A DNA stretch of 64,000 bases from Candidatus Moanibacter sp. (lineage in GTDB: Bacteria > Verrucomicrobiota > Verrucomicrobiia > Opitutales > UBA2987). A model generated the notes under the pieces. It was not told the origin of the DNA and ran no database searches. It worked only from the letters and a program-made list of their open reading frames with translations. The position numbers were made by a program, and so were the translations under genes. Below are positions 1 through 10,124 of the stretch, piece after piece. Each line of letters starts with the position of its first letter. The stretch's first letter is position 1. The DNA lies in NCBI GenBank assembly GCA_965215885.1, contig CBDCEW010000087.1, positions 36,309-100,308 of the forward strand, written 5' to 3'.

Positions 1-1076
1 AATAGGGTGAAGCTGAGAATCTGTAGGATTTTGTGCAAACTGATCTCCAGGCGAAGGCGTTTGCGGATGATGGCGATGAGCACATAGACGCTGACGGCAA
101 TCCAGATTTGAGTCTTCACAGCATTCTCGGAGGTGCCGAAAAAGCTCTTGATGCGCAAGTGCTGTTTGATCCATTTGAAGAACAATTCGATCTGCCAGCG
201 TAAACGGTAAATCTGGGTGATGATTATGGCTGGGAGGGCAAACTGGTTGGTGAGAAACACGAAGCGCTCGGAACTGTCGGGGTCGAGGTAAGTGATACGC
301 CGGAGTCTTTCGGGGTAGGCCTTGGCAGGATAGAAGCTGACCAGGGCAACGGTCTGGTCCGAACGCAGACCGGTTGATTTGTCGACCTTTTGAGAGTAGA
401 GGCGGCGAAACTGAAAGCCGCGGCGGGCGCGTGTGACGAAGAAAGAACCGCATTGTGCGATCCGATAGAGGCGCTCGTAATGCAGATAGGCTCGGTCCAT
501 TACATAGTAAGCACCGGCCTCGGGGATGATGAGATCCAGAATGTTTACGTCGTGAACTTTTCCATCGGTAATCTCGATAAAATAAGGGATAGAGCCTCTG
601 AGATCGAGAAGCGTATGGACCTTCACCGCCCCCTTGTGCTTGCGGAAACGTGCCCACGGGAAGAGTGATAGACATAGATCGATCGTGGTGGAGTCCAGAG
701 CGTAGAGCGTATTGTCCAGGTCGATGCCCAGATCCTCGTTTGAATACAAAGGACGAGCCATTGCGATGAGGACCTGTGCAAAGTCGGCGTAGATGCGCCA
801 GTCTCGTTTCTCGTTGGCATCGGCGAGCGTGCTTTTGGATACTCCGCTTCGAATCCCTGCGTGGTATAGTTTTGGTTGTACTGCCCGCAGGCAGGTTTCG
901 ATGTCGCGCAGACTCTCCCGGTAGGTCAACTCGGCAAAACCCATGCAGAGAAATTGTTCGAAGCAACTGAACTTTTGAACTTTGTAGTCGCCTCCGTAGC
1001 GTTGGACGCAACGATGGAACTGATGGCGCGGAAGATAATCTATGATTTGAGAAAAAACGAATCGACCTGTATACAT
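1..1076 (-). CDS. IS4-family transposase (DUF4372 + DDE), 3' end outside the window
   Basis: Manual translation, not in the ORF track because there is no stop in the window: MYTGRFVFSQIIDYLPR...LTYRESLRDIE...ALDSTTIDLC...YRLRWQIELFFKWIKQHLRIKSFFGTSENAVKTQIW. Confidence 0.92.
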   Translation of the reverse strand, partial: MYTGRFVFSQIIDYLPRHQFHRCVQRYGGDYKVQKFSCFEQFLCMGFAELTYRESLRDIETCLRAVQPKLYHAGIRSGVSKSTLADANEKRDWRIYADFAQVLIAMARPLYSNEDLGIDLDNTLYALDSTTIDLCLSLFPWARFRKHKGAVKVHTLLDLRGSIPYFIEITDGKVHDVNILDLIIPEAGAYYVMDRAYLHYERLYRIAQCGSFFVTRARRGFQFRRLYSQKVDKSTGLRSDQTVALVSFYPAKAYPERLRRITYLDPDSSERFVFLTNQFALPAIIITQIYRLRWQIELFFKWIKQHLRIKSFFGTSENAVKTQIWIAVSVYVLIAIIRKRLRLEISLHKILQILSFTL

Positions 1077-1212
1077 GATTTGGACCCTCGAAATTTTTGA
1101 GAGTCCACAAGGCTTTTTGCAATTTCAAGTCGAAAACAGCAGAAATCATATGTAAAATGTTGGTTATCAATCGATTAACCTGCGTTCCTAGAAAAACAAC
1201 CGGACAGTAGTG
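1..1212 (-). mobile_element. IS4-family insertion sequence, runs off the left edge of the window
   Basis: Minus-strand DDE transposase plus an IS4-like terminus CACTACTGTCCGGTTG (reverse complement of 1197-1212). The other end lies outside the window. Confidence 0.85.
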
Positions 1213-1295
1213 TTGCCACGTCTCTATGCAGTGAAGATGAATACCGTCAGCTCAGTTCCGTATCCGAATTGAACGACAGCCTTAAAAAGCCTACT

Positions 1296-1410
1296 CCCCG
1301 TCCCGGCTTGCCGGGACTACGGGGAATCTTCTTTTTTTTTTACCCTACGGGACCGGCTGTCGTCCTACGAGGTGTTTTTTCGAAACCCTGTCCCGGCAGG
1401 CCGGGACAGG
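1296..1410. repeat. Pair of GC-rich REP-like hairpins
   Basis: GTCCCGGC-TT-GCCGGGAC at about 1300-1317 and CCTGTCCCGGC-AG-GCCGGGACAGG at 1387-1410. Confidence 0.55.
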
Positions 1411-1724
1411 AAATGATCAAGTTCAAGAGTAAGAGCCTATCATACAGTACGGATTCAGGGCGATCACAGATTGCGCGATGTGTAATTGGAGGGGAAAACA
1501 GTTCGACATCTTCTAACCTGTCGACTGTGCTATCATTCTTGCAAGTCAGTCGCGCCCACGGCGCGCAGCCGGCTCAAACACAGGGTGAAAATTGCTGTAT
1601 CGGCAGTACGAAATGCTCCCGCATTCCGCTACACGCTTCGATTCCGAAGGTAGCGGAAAGCGGGAGCTTTTCGGCGCTATTGTTATCCGCGACGAATCAA
1701 CCGAGCGAAGATAGAAAGCGAAAT

Positions 1725-2270
1725 ATGTTATTCACTGAAACAGAACTGGAGGGCGCATTCATCATTGACATTGAACGCCGGGAGGACGAACGCGGTTTCT
1801 TCGCCAGGACATTCTGCCAAAGGGAATTCCAGCAGTACGGCTTGAACCCATGCATCGCACAGACCAATATTTCCCATAATTCGGAAAAAAGCACTTTGCG
1901 CGGGATGCACTACCAGGGGCCCCCTCATGGGGAAGTGAAAATCATAACCTGCACACAGGGAGCTATTTACGATGTCTTGATCGATCTGAGGACGGATTCA
2001 GGGACCTTCAAGAAGTGGCTTGGTGTGGAACTTAAAGCTGCCGTTCAACGGATGCTTTATATACCCGAGAATTTCGCCCACGGATTCATGACTTTGGAAG
2101 ATTCCACCAGCGTCCACTACATGATGACCGCATTCTACCGGCCGGAATCCACGCGGGGAATCCGCTGGAACGACCCTGCATTCAACATCGATTGGCCCGT
2201 TCAACCCGCCGTAATATCGGATAGAGACGCAAATTACCCAGATTATGAAAGGAAGAAGCGATCCCGATGA
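1725..2270 (+). CDS. rfbC: dTDP-4-dehydrorhamnose 3,5-epimerase family protein
   Basis: MLFTETELEGAFIID...DERGFFAR...TLRGMHYQ...GAIYDVLIDLR...PENFAHGF...GIRWNDP. Start reassigned to ATG 1725, since the ORF-track extension from 1269 crosses hairpin repeats. Confidence 0.92.
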   Translation: MLFTETELEGAFIIDIERREDERGFFARTFCQREFQQYGLNPCIAQTNISHNSEKSTLRGMHYQGPPHGEVKIITCTQGAIYDVLIDLRTDSGTFKKWLGVELKAAVQRMLYIPENFAHGFMTLEDSTSVHYMMTAFYRPESTRGIRWNDPAFNIDWPVQPAVISDRDANYPDYERKKRSR

Positions 2271-3064
2271 AAAGTGCACCTGATGCTGTGGGCCTGATTC
2301 CCGCCGCGGGAAAAGCAACAAGAATTAACCCGCTACCCTGTAGCAAGGAGATATATCCGGTCGGTTTCTTCGACGAACATCAGGAACTCCAGGGTCAGCC
2401 AAAACCGGTTTGTCTAAATCTGCTTGAACAGTTTCGATCGGCGGGAGTCGATACTGCCTTTATCGTTATCAATCGAGAAAAGACAGATATTCTTCGTTAC
2501 CTCGGCGATGGATCACTATTCGGAATGAGCCTGGCCTATGTCGTCGACAGCCAACCGCGGGGCGTTCCCTTTTCCCTGGATCGAGCCTATAAATTCATCA
2601 AGGACAAGCAGGTTTTATTGGGCTTTCCTGACATCATCATGGAAATCAGGGATCCTTTCACAGCTTTGCTGGAGAAACTAAAGGAAACAGATAGCGACAT
2701 CGTCCTGGGTCTGATTCCCGTCTCCGAACCGCAGAAGTGGGATATGGTCGACCTTACGGAAGAGGGGAAGGTCCGCGACATTGTGATTAAGCGCGAACAA
2801 TGCCGTTTAAAACATGCCTGGGTTATAACGGCGTGGGCTCCCACTTTTACCGAGTATTTGCATCGATTTTTGCGAGAATCAGAAAGCGCGGAAGGATCAG
2901 AATCCGGTGACAGAAACCGGGAATTACAACTCAGCAATATCTTCCTGGCCGCGGCGGAGGAGGAGGGTCTGACTATCGAGACTGAGTTGTTTGAGCCCGG
3001 ATTTTGCGTCGACATCGGCACTCGGGAAGGATTGAAACGGGCGATTCAAATTACTCACGAGTAA
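2267..3064 (+). CDS. Sugar-phosphate nucleotidyltransferase (dTDP-glucose pyrophosphorylase-like)
   Basis: GLIPAAGKATRINPLPCSKEIYPVG, LGFPD and C-terminal DIGT motifs. ATGA overlap with rfbC. Confidence 0.85.
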   Translation: MKSAPDAVGLIPAAGKATRINPLPCSKEIYPVGFFDEHQELQGQPKPVCLNLLEQFRSAGVDTAFIVINREKTDILRYLGDGSLFGMSLAYVVDSQPRGVPFSLDRAYKFIKDKQVLLGFPDIIMEIRDPFTALLEKLKETDSDIVLGLIPVSEPQKWDMVDLTEEGKVRDIVIKREQCRLKHAWVITAWAPTFTEYLHRFLRESESAEGSESGDRNRELQLSNIFLAAAEEEGLTIETELFEPGFCVDIGTREGLKRAIQITHE

Positions 3065-3855
3065 CCGAAAATCCTATAGATATCCTCGCAATTCCGATTT
3101 ATCTCCTTCACATCGTCGTCCGTAAGGACATCCCTGTACTTACCTATTCTTTCAGAGGAGATTTTCTTACCGAAAAGCTCAGTTGCCCAAAGTCCATACT
3201 TTGATCTCGCGTCAAATCCGTCGTCATCCAGATCTCGACTGCTGTCAAATTTCAATTCCAAACCAGAGAAACGCCGGAGGCGGTCGAGAACCCTGTCCGG
3301 TTCAGTGACAAGTTCTTCATATTTTGAAACGAAGAGGCGGTCCTTAAAGATCTTCGCTTTACATGATACGGGAGCAACATAAAAGCTCCTGTAATGATTG
3401 CACAGAGTCCGGATGGTGGACTCCTGAAATCCGAGATACTCTCCCTCCTGCTTGTGACGCTCACCCACCCGTATCATAGAGGCGACCGCATCGCGAGGAT
3501 CACGGACCGTAAGAAAGAAATAGGAGTCGGGGATGAGCTCGAGGATATCCGGAAAATACTTCGAGAAATTCGTTTCCTTAAAGACCAGATGCCTGGAATC
3601 CGGAAATCGCTTCGCCGTTCGCTTGAGGAAAAGTGAAATGACTGAACGGTGGAAATTCCAAAGGTCTCTTCGGTCGTCGAAATAGTGTTTTGAATGGCGA
3701 TCGAATTCCTGTTTCGCCTGAGAATAGGCATGAAAAAGAATTCTGAAGTAGCCTGATTCCAGAGTAGGCTTGTTCGTCTCGTTGTCCCGGCACAAAAGGA
3801 GGTGGAGCAGCGTCGTTCCGGAGCGAGGGCTACCACCGACAAAGAATTTACTCAT
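3055..3855 (-). CDS. PAPS-dependent sulfotransferase
   Basis: 5'-PSB loop GGSPRSGTTLL, 3'-PB motif VRDPRDAVAS, and KYEELVTEP. Confidence 0.9.
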   Translation of the reverse strand: MSKFFVGGSPRSGTTLLHLLLCRDNETNKPTLESGYFRILFHAYSQAKQEFDRHSKHYFDDRRDLWNFHRSVISLFLKRTAKRFPDSRHLVFKETNFSKYFPDILELIPDSYFFLTVRDPRDAVASMIRVGERHKQEGEYLGFQESTIRTLCNHYRSFYVAPVSCKAKIFKDRLFVSKYEELVTEPDRVLDRLRRFSGLELKFDSSRDLDDDGFDARSKYGLWATELFGKKISSERIGKYRDVLTDDDVKEINRNCEDIYRIFGYS

Positions 3856-3952
3856 TTCAGTTTCATTTTCTTCAAAGGAATCTGTCGGTCTAAACTTGAT
3901 CGGAATGTCGATCTGTCACCATGAAATCTAAACCAATGAGATGTTAGGAATC

Positions 3953-6331
3953 CTAAGTCCGACAGATTCCTAGATCGATAGCTACGGGCGATTCCCCACG
4001 TTGTTGTCGCTCCCACATGATACGGTAACCGCGTTCCAGATTCCTTGTGTATCGAACCGTGTCGAACAGCGGAGCGCGAATCGTGTTCTTCTCCACGCAT
4101 TTTTTTAATTCTCTAAGCTCCCCTGGAGATTTCGAGTTCTGGAGCGCTTTGTCGGCCAGCCCTGGAGAATTCGCAAGTTCTATGCCGCGCTCGACATATT
4201 CGTCCAAATTCCCGACGACCAATTCAAGCAAACCGACTGCATTGAGGAGACTCGTACTCATTCGTGAAATGAAGCTTTTCCCGTAGACAGCTAGGACTGG
4301 AACTCCGGCACGGAGCATATCAATTGTCGTCGTTCCTCCATTGTAGTTCATCGTATCGAGAGCCAGATCCGCCAGTGAGACTCTCCTGATGTGTCTCGCT
4401 ATCGGCAAGCGGCCGGCGTATCTGATCCGATCGGGTTTCACACCCCTTTTCTCCGTCTCCTTCAACAGGTTAGTCTTCGCCAGCTCATTGAAATCCAATA
4501 ACCAGAGAACACTTTTCGGCACTCGGTTCAGGATGCGCATCCAAGCGTCGAACACGTCTCGATCTATCTTATTTGGCCGGTTGAATGAACAGAATACAAA
4601 AGCATCCTCGTCCAAGCCGAAGGAGCTTCTCTCGAATTTCTCATCGGAAATCTCCTGCTTTCGATCAGCCGGCATAAAGGTATCCGGCATGAGGACAAGC
4701 TTCTCACAAAAACACGGTGACTCCTCCAGTGGAGTAACGAACCGATCTCCGATCAGGTAGTCGACATATTCAGCCCCCGTCATACCGGCATAACCCAAAT
4801 ACATGACCTGAACAGGAGCAGGCCGGAGTGCGAAAATCCCCATTCTATTCATGGGCATGTGACTCTGCAGATCGACAAGAATATCTATTCGGTCATCTTG
4901 AATTCGTTGTGCCGCTTCCCTATTGCCGAAGGGTCCAATATCGAGAAATTGCCTACAATTCGCCGAGATTCTCTTACGGTAGTTGCCGGTGTCTTCCGGT
5001 CCGTAAGAGTAGCCGAATATATCGAATTCATTAGTATCGTGCTCTTCGAAGACGCCCGCGATCAGATGCGATGTAGGGTGTTCTCGACAATCTCGAGAGA
5101 GATATCCTAATCGAATCTTCTCATTACGCCGGTTCTTGGCGTGGGAGAATTCCAATGCGCCGGATTTCAGCGTTTTGTCGCTGACATTCCGCGCCCATGA
5201 CATCGCCACTTCGAGATTCAGTTTCGGGTTGGCATGACGATAGAGATTCACAAAGGGATGCTCTCCCGTGCGCCGCCTTTCCTTTATTGCCGCAGCCGTG
5301 GCAGAGTCCACTTTTTTGCCCAATTCCCGTGCTTCGTCCCACGCGCACACATTAATCAATACATCCAGAAGACACGCCTGGAAAATCTCGCTTTCAGGAC
5401 TCTCTTTAAGGGCGGTCCTATAGGCATCGACCGATTTCTCCAACTCTCCTATCTGGAAATAGACGTTTCCCAAATTATAAAACGCGCTGGCATACCTGGG
5501 GGACAGCTCAATCGCCTTCACAAAACATTCAACTGCTTGAGGAAATCGCCCCATCTCCTGCATAACGATTCCCAGGTTGTTGTATCCAAAAGCGAATGAA
5601 GAATCCATTTTCAGCGCCTCCTGGTAGGCCGCGCCCGCTTCACCCAAGTCGCCCTTCTCCAGAAAAGCATGCCCCATCATATTATAAGTCTCCGCTTCCT
5701 CTGGATTTATTCTGGCCGCTTCCCGATACGAAATAATGGCCTCGTCCAGTTTTCCCCATTTCATCAGGGCATTACCGAGGTTTAAACGCGCATGAAAATA
5801 TCGGCTGTCAATATTCAGAGCCTTTTCAAACTCCCTGATCGCCTTTTCATACTCTCCATCATCAAGGTAAATCACGCCTATGTTGTTGAGCGCGGGTGCA
5901 AAGTTCGGTCTTATTTTCAAAGCCGTACGATACGCCTTGAGCGCCTCTGAATCCTCTTTCAAACGGGAAAAAACACCTCCCATATCGTTGTGCAATTCGG
6001 CCGAATTCGGAGCGAGCTCGACCGCGCGCAGATAACTCTTCTTTGCCTCATCATACTGCCCCATTCCCGCAAATGTCTTTCCCAGGTTACCGTAGACTGA
6101 AGCCTTTGCCGGTGCCATCCGGCTCGCTGTTTCCAAGTGCTCGATCGCCTTCGTATCATCTCCACTCTTGTGGTAAACTAAGCCCAAGAGATGGTGTGCG
6201 TCGGCAAATTGAGGCTTGTGCTTGATCATCTCCGCGCATGCGCGTTGGGCATCTTTCAATCGACCAGACCGGTAGTCTTCAAAGGCTTGCCTCAAAGAAT
6301 CCGAGCCATCGGGGTATTGTCCTCCCATCAT
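3953..6331 (-). CDS. TPR-repeat GT41 glycosyltransferase (O-GlcNAc transferase/SPINDLY-like), copy A
   Basis: Long N-terminal TPR array, then KIRLGYLSRD..EHP, IDILVDL, RPAPVQVMYLGY, FCSFNRPNKI, ADLALDT and PLFDT. Confidence 0.9.
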   Translation of the reverse strand: MMGGQYPDGSDSLRQAFEDYRSGRLKDAQRACAEMIKHKPQFADAHHLLGLVYHKSGDDTKAIEHLETASRMAPAKASVYGNLGKTFAGMGQYDEAKKSYLRAVELAPNSAELHNDMGGVFSRLKEDSEALKAYRTALKIRPNFAPALNNIGVIYLDDGEYEKAIREFEKALNIDSRYFHARLNLGNALMKWGKLDEAIISYREAARINPEEAETYNMMGHAFLEKGDLGEAGAAYQEALKMDSSFAFGYNNLGIVMQEMGRFPQAVECFVKAIELSPRYASAFYNLGNVYFQIGELEKSVDAYRTALKESPESEIFQACLLDVLINVCAWDEARELGKKVDSATAAAIKERRRTGEHPFVNLYRHANPKLNLEVAMSWARNVSDKTLKSGALEFSHAKNRRNEKIRLGYLSRDCREHPTSHLIAGVFEEHDTNEFDIFGYSYGPEDTGNYRKRISANCRQFLDIGPFGNREAAQRIQDDRIDILVDLQSHMPMNRMGIFALRPAPVQVMYLGYAGMTGAEYVDYLIGDRFVTPLEESPCFCEKLVLMPDTFMPADRKQEISDEKFERSSFGLDEDAFVFCSFNRPNKIDRDVFDAWMRILNRVPKSVLWLLDFNELAKTNLLKETEKRGVKPDRIRYAGRLPIARHIRRVSLADLALDTMNYNGGTTTIDMLRAGVPVLAVYGKSFISRMSTSLLNAVGLLELVVGNLDEYVERGIELANSPGLADKALQNSKSPGELRELKKCVEKNTIRAPLFDTVRYTRNLERGYRIMWERQQRGESPVAIDLGICRT

Positions 6332-6693
6332 AAATCTGTCCGCTTTTGCACCACGGCCGCACCCACTATATAGTCATGATGCTCGGCAGTTGTGCGATGC
6401 CAAGTGTGGAAATCCTCGATAACTTCCAGGTTCCAATGAAGTTGCAAACCACACCCGGTAAACGCGGCATTGTTCCAAATCAACTCCTCAAACCGATCTA
6501 AAGTGAGAGCCGAGCCGTCCGCATCCGGATAGGTCATCCCCCGATCAGGCTCACAAATGTCTAAAGAGAGTCCGAAAACACCACCTTCTTCCAAGACACG
6601 TCCCAATTCATCGACGACCTTCGCCTTGTTCGGCTGATGTTCAATTACGGAAAAGCTGGTAACAATTTTGAATCGCCCGTCCGGAAGCGGCAA
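6328..6693 (-). pseudogene. 3' fragment of a SAM-dependent methyltransferase (paralog of 9335-10069)
   Basis: Matches only the C-terminal half of 9335-10069 (VTSFSVIEHQPNKAK...WHRTTAEHH). The SAM-binding motif I is absent. Confidence 0.85.
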
Positions 6694-6695
6694 GC

Positions 6696-6880
6696 CCGCG
6701 ACATCGTGATCAAATCGGAACTATGCCGTCTAAAATATGCCTGGGTTATAACGGCATGGGCTCCCACTTTTACCGAGTTCTTGCGTCGATATATGAGTGA
6801 GTTAGAAAGTTCGAAGGAATTCGAAGCCGGTGACGGGAACCCGGAATTGCAACTAAGCAATATCTTTCTGGCTGCGGAGA
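6696..6880 (+). pseudogene. Internal fragment of the nucleotidyltransferase (copy of about 2773-2958)
   Basis: RDIVIKSELCRLKYAWVITAWAPTFTEFL...ELQLSNIFLAA matches the 2267-3064 product. Confidence 0.85.
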
Positions 6881-6882
6881 AA

Positions 6883-6962
6883 GTCTTGTTGTCCCGGCAT
6901 AAAAGGAGGTGGAGCAGAGTCGTTCCGGTTCGAGGGCTACCACCGACAAAGAATCTGCTCAT
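6883..6962 (-). pseudogene. 5' fragment of the sulfotransferase (copy of about 3776-3855)
   Basis: MSRFFVGGSPRTGTTLLHLLLCRDNKT versus MSKFFVGGSPRSGTTLLHLLLCRDNET. Confidence 0.85.
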
Positions 6963-6998
6963 TTTCGTTGCAATTGCATCAGAGAAAACCGCGGGACT

Positions 6999-9338
6999 CT
7001 AAGTCCAACTCATTCCTAGATCGATAGCCGCGGGAGACTCTCCTCGTTGGAGTCGCTCCCACATGATACGGTAGCCGCGTTCCAGATTCCTTGTGTATCG
7101 AACCGTGTCGAACAGCGGAGCGTGAACCCTGTTCTTCTCAATAGATCTTTTTATTTCTTTCAATTTCCCTGGAGAATGCGCGAGTTCTACCGCACGTTCG
7201 ACGTATTCGTCCAAATTCTCGACGACCAATTCAGGCAAGCCGAATGCATTGAGGAGACTGGTGCTCATACGCGAAATGAAATTCCCACCACGGACCGCCA
7301 ATACCGGAACTCCGCCGCGAAGCGTATCAACGGTCGTTGTTCCCCCACTACAAACCATCGTATCGAGAGCGAGGTCGGCAAGTGAGATTCTCTTAATGTG
7401 TCTGCCGATCGGCAGACGTTCCGCGAATCTGACCCGGTCTACACTCACTCCTCGAAGCTCCGTTTCTTTCATCAGATTCTTTTTCGCCAGTTCATTGAAA
7501 GCGATTAACCACAGGACACTCCTCGGAACTCTTTTTAATATGCGCATCCAGGCATCGAATATCGAGGGATCAATTTTAACGGGTCGGTTGAAGGAGCAGT
7601 AAACAAAGTCTTCTTCGGGTAGATTGAGCGATTTTCTCTCAAAGACCTCATTGGAAACAGGCTGTCTCCGATCCGACGGCATGTAAGTGTCCGGCATAAA
7701 GACCAACTTTTCACTGAAACAATGTGCCTCCTCCAGCGGAGTAACAATCTTATCTGCGATAACGTAATTGATAAAATCGACTCCTGAGGTACCGGCAAAT
7801 CCCAAATAACTAACTTGAATCGGAGCCGGGCGAAGAGCAAAAACACCCATTCTGTTCATCGGCATGTGAAGCTGAAGATCCACCAGTATATCTATCCTGT
7901 CGTCGAATATTCTCTGGGCCGCTGCCCTATTGTTCAGAGTTTCAATATCCCGAAATTGACTGCAACACTGAGCAATTCTCTTTCTGTAATTCCCCGTGTC
8001 CTCCGGTCCATAAGAATAACCGAAAACTTCGAAATTCCCGGCATCATGTTCTTCGAATACACCCGCTATGAGATGCGACATTGGGTGTTCCCGAAAATCC
8101 CGTGAGAGATATCCTAATCGAATCTTCTCATTACGCCGACTCTTGGCGTGGGAGAATTCCAATGCGCCGGATTTCCGCGCTTTCTCGCTGATTTCCCGCG
8201 CCCACGATTCCGCCACATCGAAATTCAGTTTCGGATTGGCATGGCGATAGAGATTCATAAAGGGATTTTCTCCCGTGCGCCGCCCTTCCTTTATTGCCGC
8301 CGCGGTGGCAGCGTCCACTTTCTCACCCAGTTCCCGTGCTTCGTCCCACGCGCATACATTAATCAACACATCCAGAAGACTTGCCTGAAAAATCTCGCTC
8401 TCAGGACTCTCTTTAACAGCGGTCTTATAGGCATCGATCGATTTCTCCAGCGCTCCTGTCTGGAAATAGACACTTCCCAAATTATAAAAGGCGCTGGCAT
8501 ACTTGGGGGACAGCTCGATCGCCTTCACAAAACATTCAACAGCTTCCGGAAATCGCCCCATCTCCTGCATAACGATTCCCAGGTTGTTGTATCCGAAAGC
8601 GAATGAAGAATCCATTTTCAGCGCCTCCTGGTAGGCCACGCCCGCTTCACTCAAGTCTCCCTTCTCCAGGTAGACATGCCCGATCTTATTGTAAGTCTCC
8701 GCTTCCTCCGGATGAATTCGGGCCGCCTCCCGATACGAAGCAATGGCCTCGTCCAGTTTTCCCCATTTCATTAAGGCATCACCGATATTCAAACGTGCAT
8801 GAAAATATCGGCTGTCAATTTCCAGGGCCTTTTCAAACTCCCCGATCGCATTCTCATACTCGCCTTCATCGAGGTAGATCACCCCTATGTTGTTGAGCGC
8901 CGGCGCAAAGTTCGGTCTCAATTTCAAAGCTGCTCGATACGCCTTGAGCGCTTCTGAATTCTCTTTCAAACGGGACAACACACCTCCCAAATCGTTGCAC
9001 AATTCGGCCGAATCCGGTTTGAGCTCGATCGCGCGCAGATAACTCTTTTTCGCCTCTTCAAACCGTCCCATTCCGGCAAATGTCTTTCCAAGATTACCGT
9101 AGACTGAAACCTTTGCCGGTGCCATCCGCCTGGCCGTTTCCAAGTGCTCTATGGCTTTCGCATCATCTCCACACTTGTTGTAAACCAGACCCAAGAGGTG
9201 GTGTGCGTCGGCAAATTGAGGCTTGCGCTCGATCATCTCCGCACAGGAGCGCTGGGCATCCTCCAACCGGCCGGATCGAAATTCCTCGAAGGCTCTCTTC
9301 AAGGAAATCGAGTCATCGGGGTACTGTCCTCCCATCAT
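6999..9338 (-). CDS. TPR-repeat GT41 glycosyltransferase, copy B
   Basis: Full-length diverged paralog of 3953-6331 with the same TPR + GT41 motifs. Confidence 0.9.
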   Translation of the reverse strand: MMGGQYPDDSISLKRAFEEFRSGRLEDAQRSCAEMIERKPQFADAHHLLGLVYNKCGDDAKAIEHLETARRMAPAKVSVYGNLGKTFAGMGRFEEAKKSYLRAIELKPDSAELCNDLGGVLSRLKENSEALKAYRAALKLRPNFAPALNNIGVIYLDEGEYENAIGEFEKALEIDSRYFHARLNIGDALMKWGKLDEAIASYREAARIHPEEAETYNKIGHVYLEKGDLSEAGVAYQEALKMDSSFAFGYNNLGIVMQEMGRFPEAVECFVKAIELSPKYASAFYNLGSVYFQTGALEKSIDAYKTAVKESPESEIFQASLLDVLINVCAWDEARELGEKVDAATAAAIKEGRRTGENPFMNLYRHANPKLNFDVAESWAREISEKARKSGALEFSHAKSRRNEKIRLGYLSRDFREHPMSHLIAGVFEEHDAGNFEVFGYSYGPEDTGNYRKRIAQCCSQFRDIETLNNRAAAQRIFDDRIDILVDLQLHMPMNRMGVFALRPAPIQVSYLGFAGTSGVDFINYVIADKIVTPLEEAHCFSEKLVFMPDTYMPSDRRQPVSNEVFERKSLNLPEEDFVYCSFNRPVKIDPSIFDAWMRILKRVPRSVLWLIAFNELAKKNLMKETELRGVSVDRVRFAERLPIGRHIKRISLADLALDTMVCSGGTTTVDTLRGGVPVLAVRGGNFISRMSTSLLNAFGLPELVVENLDEYVERAVELAHSPGKLKEIKRSIEKNRVHAPLFDTVRYTRNLERGYRIMWERLQRGESPAAIDLGMSWT

Positions 9339-10069
9339 AATTCTGTCCGCTTTTGCATCACGGCCGCACCGACGATATAGTTATGATGCTCGGCCGTTGT
9401 GCGATGCCAAGTGTGGAAGTCCTCGATATCTTCCAAATTCCAATGATGTGGCACACAACACCCGGTAAAGGCGGAATTGTTCCAAATCAACTCCTCAAAT
9501 AGAGTTAATGTCAAAGCCGAGCCGCTTTCATCCGGATAGGTCATCTCCCGATCCGGCTCACAGATGTCGAAAGAGAGCCCGAGAACACCATCTTCTTTCA
9601 AGACACGCCCCAACTCTTCGACGGCCTTCGCCTTATTCGGCTGATGTTCAATCACCGAAAAGCTGGTAACAATGTCAAAGCGGCCGTTCGGAAAGGGCAT
9701 ACTCTGCTCTTCGAGCACTCTCCAATCCACGTGGAAATTATGCTCCTTGCGAATCCACTTCCAATGACCCACCAGTTCATCGTGAATTTCCGTCAGAGTC
9801 ACTTCCGCTCCTTTGCTGGCGAAAAACCAGGGCATCGGTGAAAGCTCGCTACCAATATCGAGAATCCTCACACTTGGCCGCACGAGATCCTCAAGTCTGT
9901 TGAACCAGAGCCATGGGTATTCCCAATTCTTGCTGAAGTCGGAGTATTGATGCAGCCCCAATGGTTTGGCGAACGCATTGAGCTGCTCCATAAAAGCGAT
10001 GAACGCGGGAGACTTCAGTTCCTCTACGCTTCCGAGTCGAGCCTTGTTTATGATGACTTTTACACCCAT
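9335..10069 (-). CDS. Class I SAM-dependent methyltransferase
   Basis: WEYPW, ILDIGSE (motif I), MPFPNGRFDIVTSFSVIEH. Overlaps the GT41 start codon. Confidence 0.85.
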   Translation of the reverse strand: MGVKVIINKARLGSVEELKSPAFIAFMEQLNAFAKPLGLHQYSDFSKNWEYPWLWFNRLEDLVRPSVRILDIGSELSPMPWFFASKGAEVTLTEIHDELVGHWKWIRKEHNFHVDWRVLEEQSMPFPNGRFDIVTSFSVIEHQPNKAKAVEELGRVLKEDGVLGLSFDICEPDREMTYPDESGSALTLTLFEELIWNNSAFTGCCVPHHWNLEDIEDFHTWHRTTAEHHNYIVGAAVMQKRTEL

Positions 10070-10124
10070 TTACCTAAGTTTTGCCACGCGGAAACTGTAA
10101 AGCAATCAAAGAGGTTCGGGAAAG

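Noticed and set aside
390..1100. Plus-strand ORFs 390-668, 776-970 and 876-1100
   Set aside because: Antisense shadows of the IS4 transposase.
1269..1724. 152-residue N-terminal extension of RfbC
   Set aside because: It runs through hairpin repeats and a poly-T tract. Family similarity begins at ATG 1725.
3953..9338. Assembly-duplicated GT41 gene
   Set aside because: The copies differ by many substitutions and an in-frame indel, so they are true paralogs.
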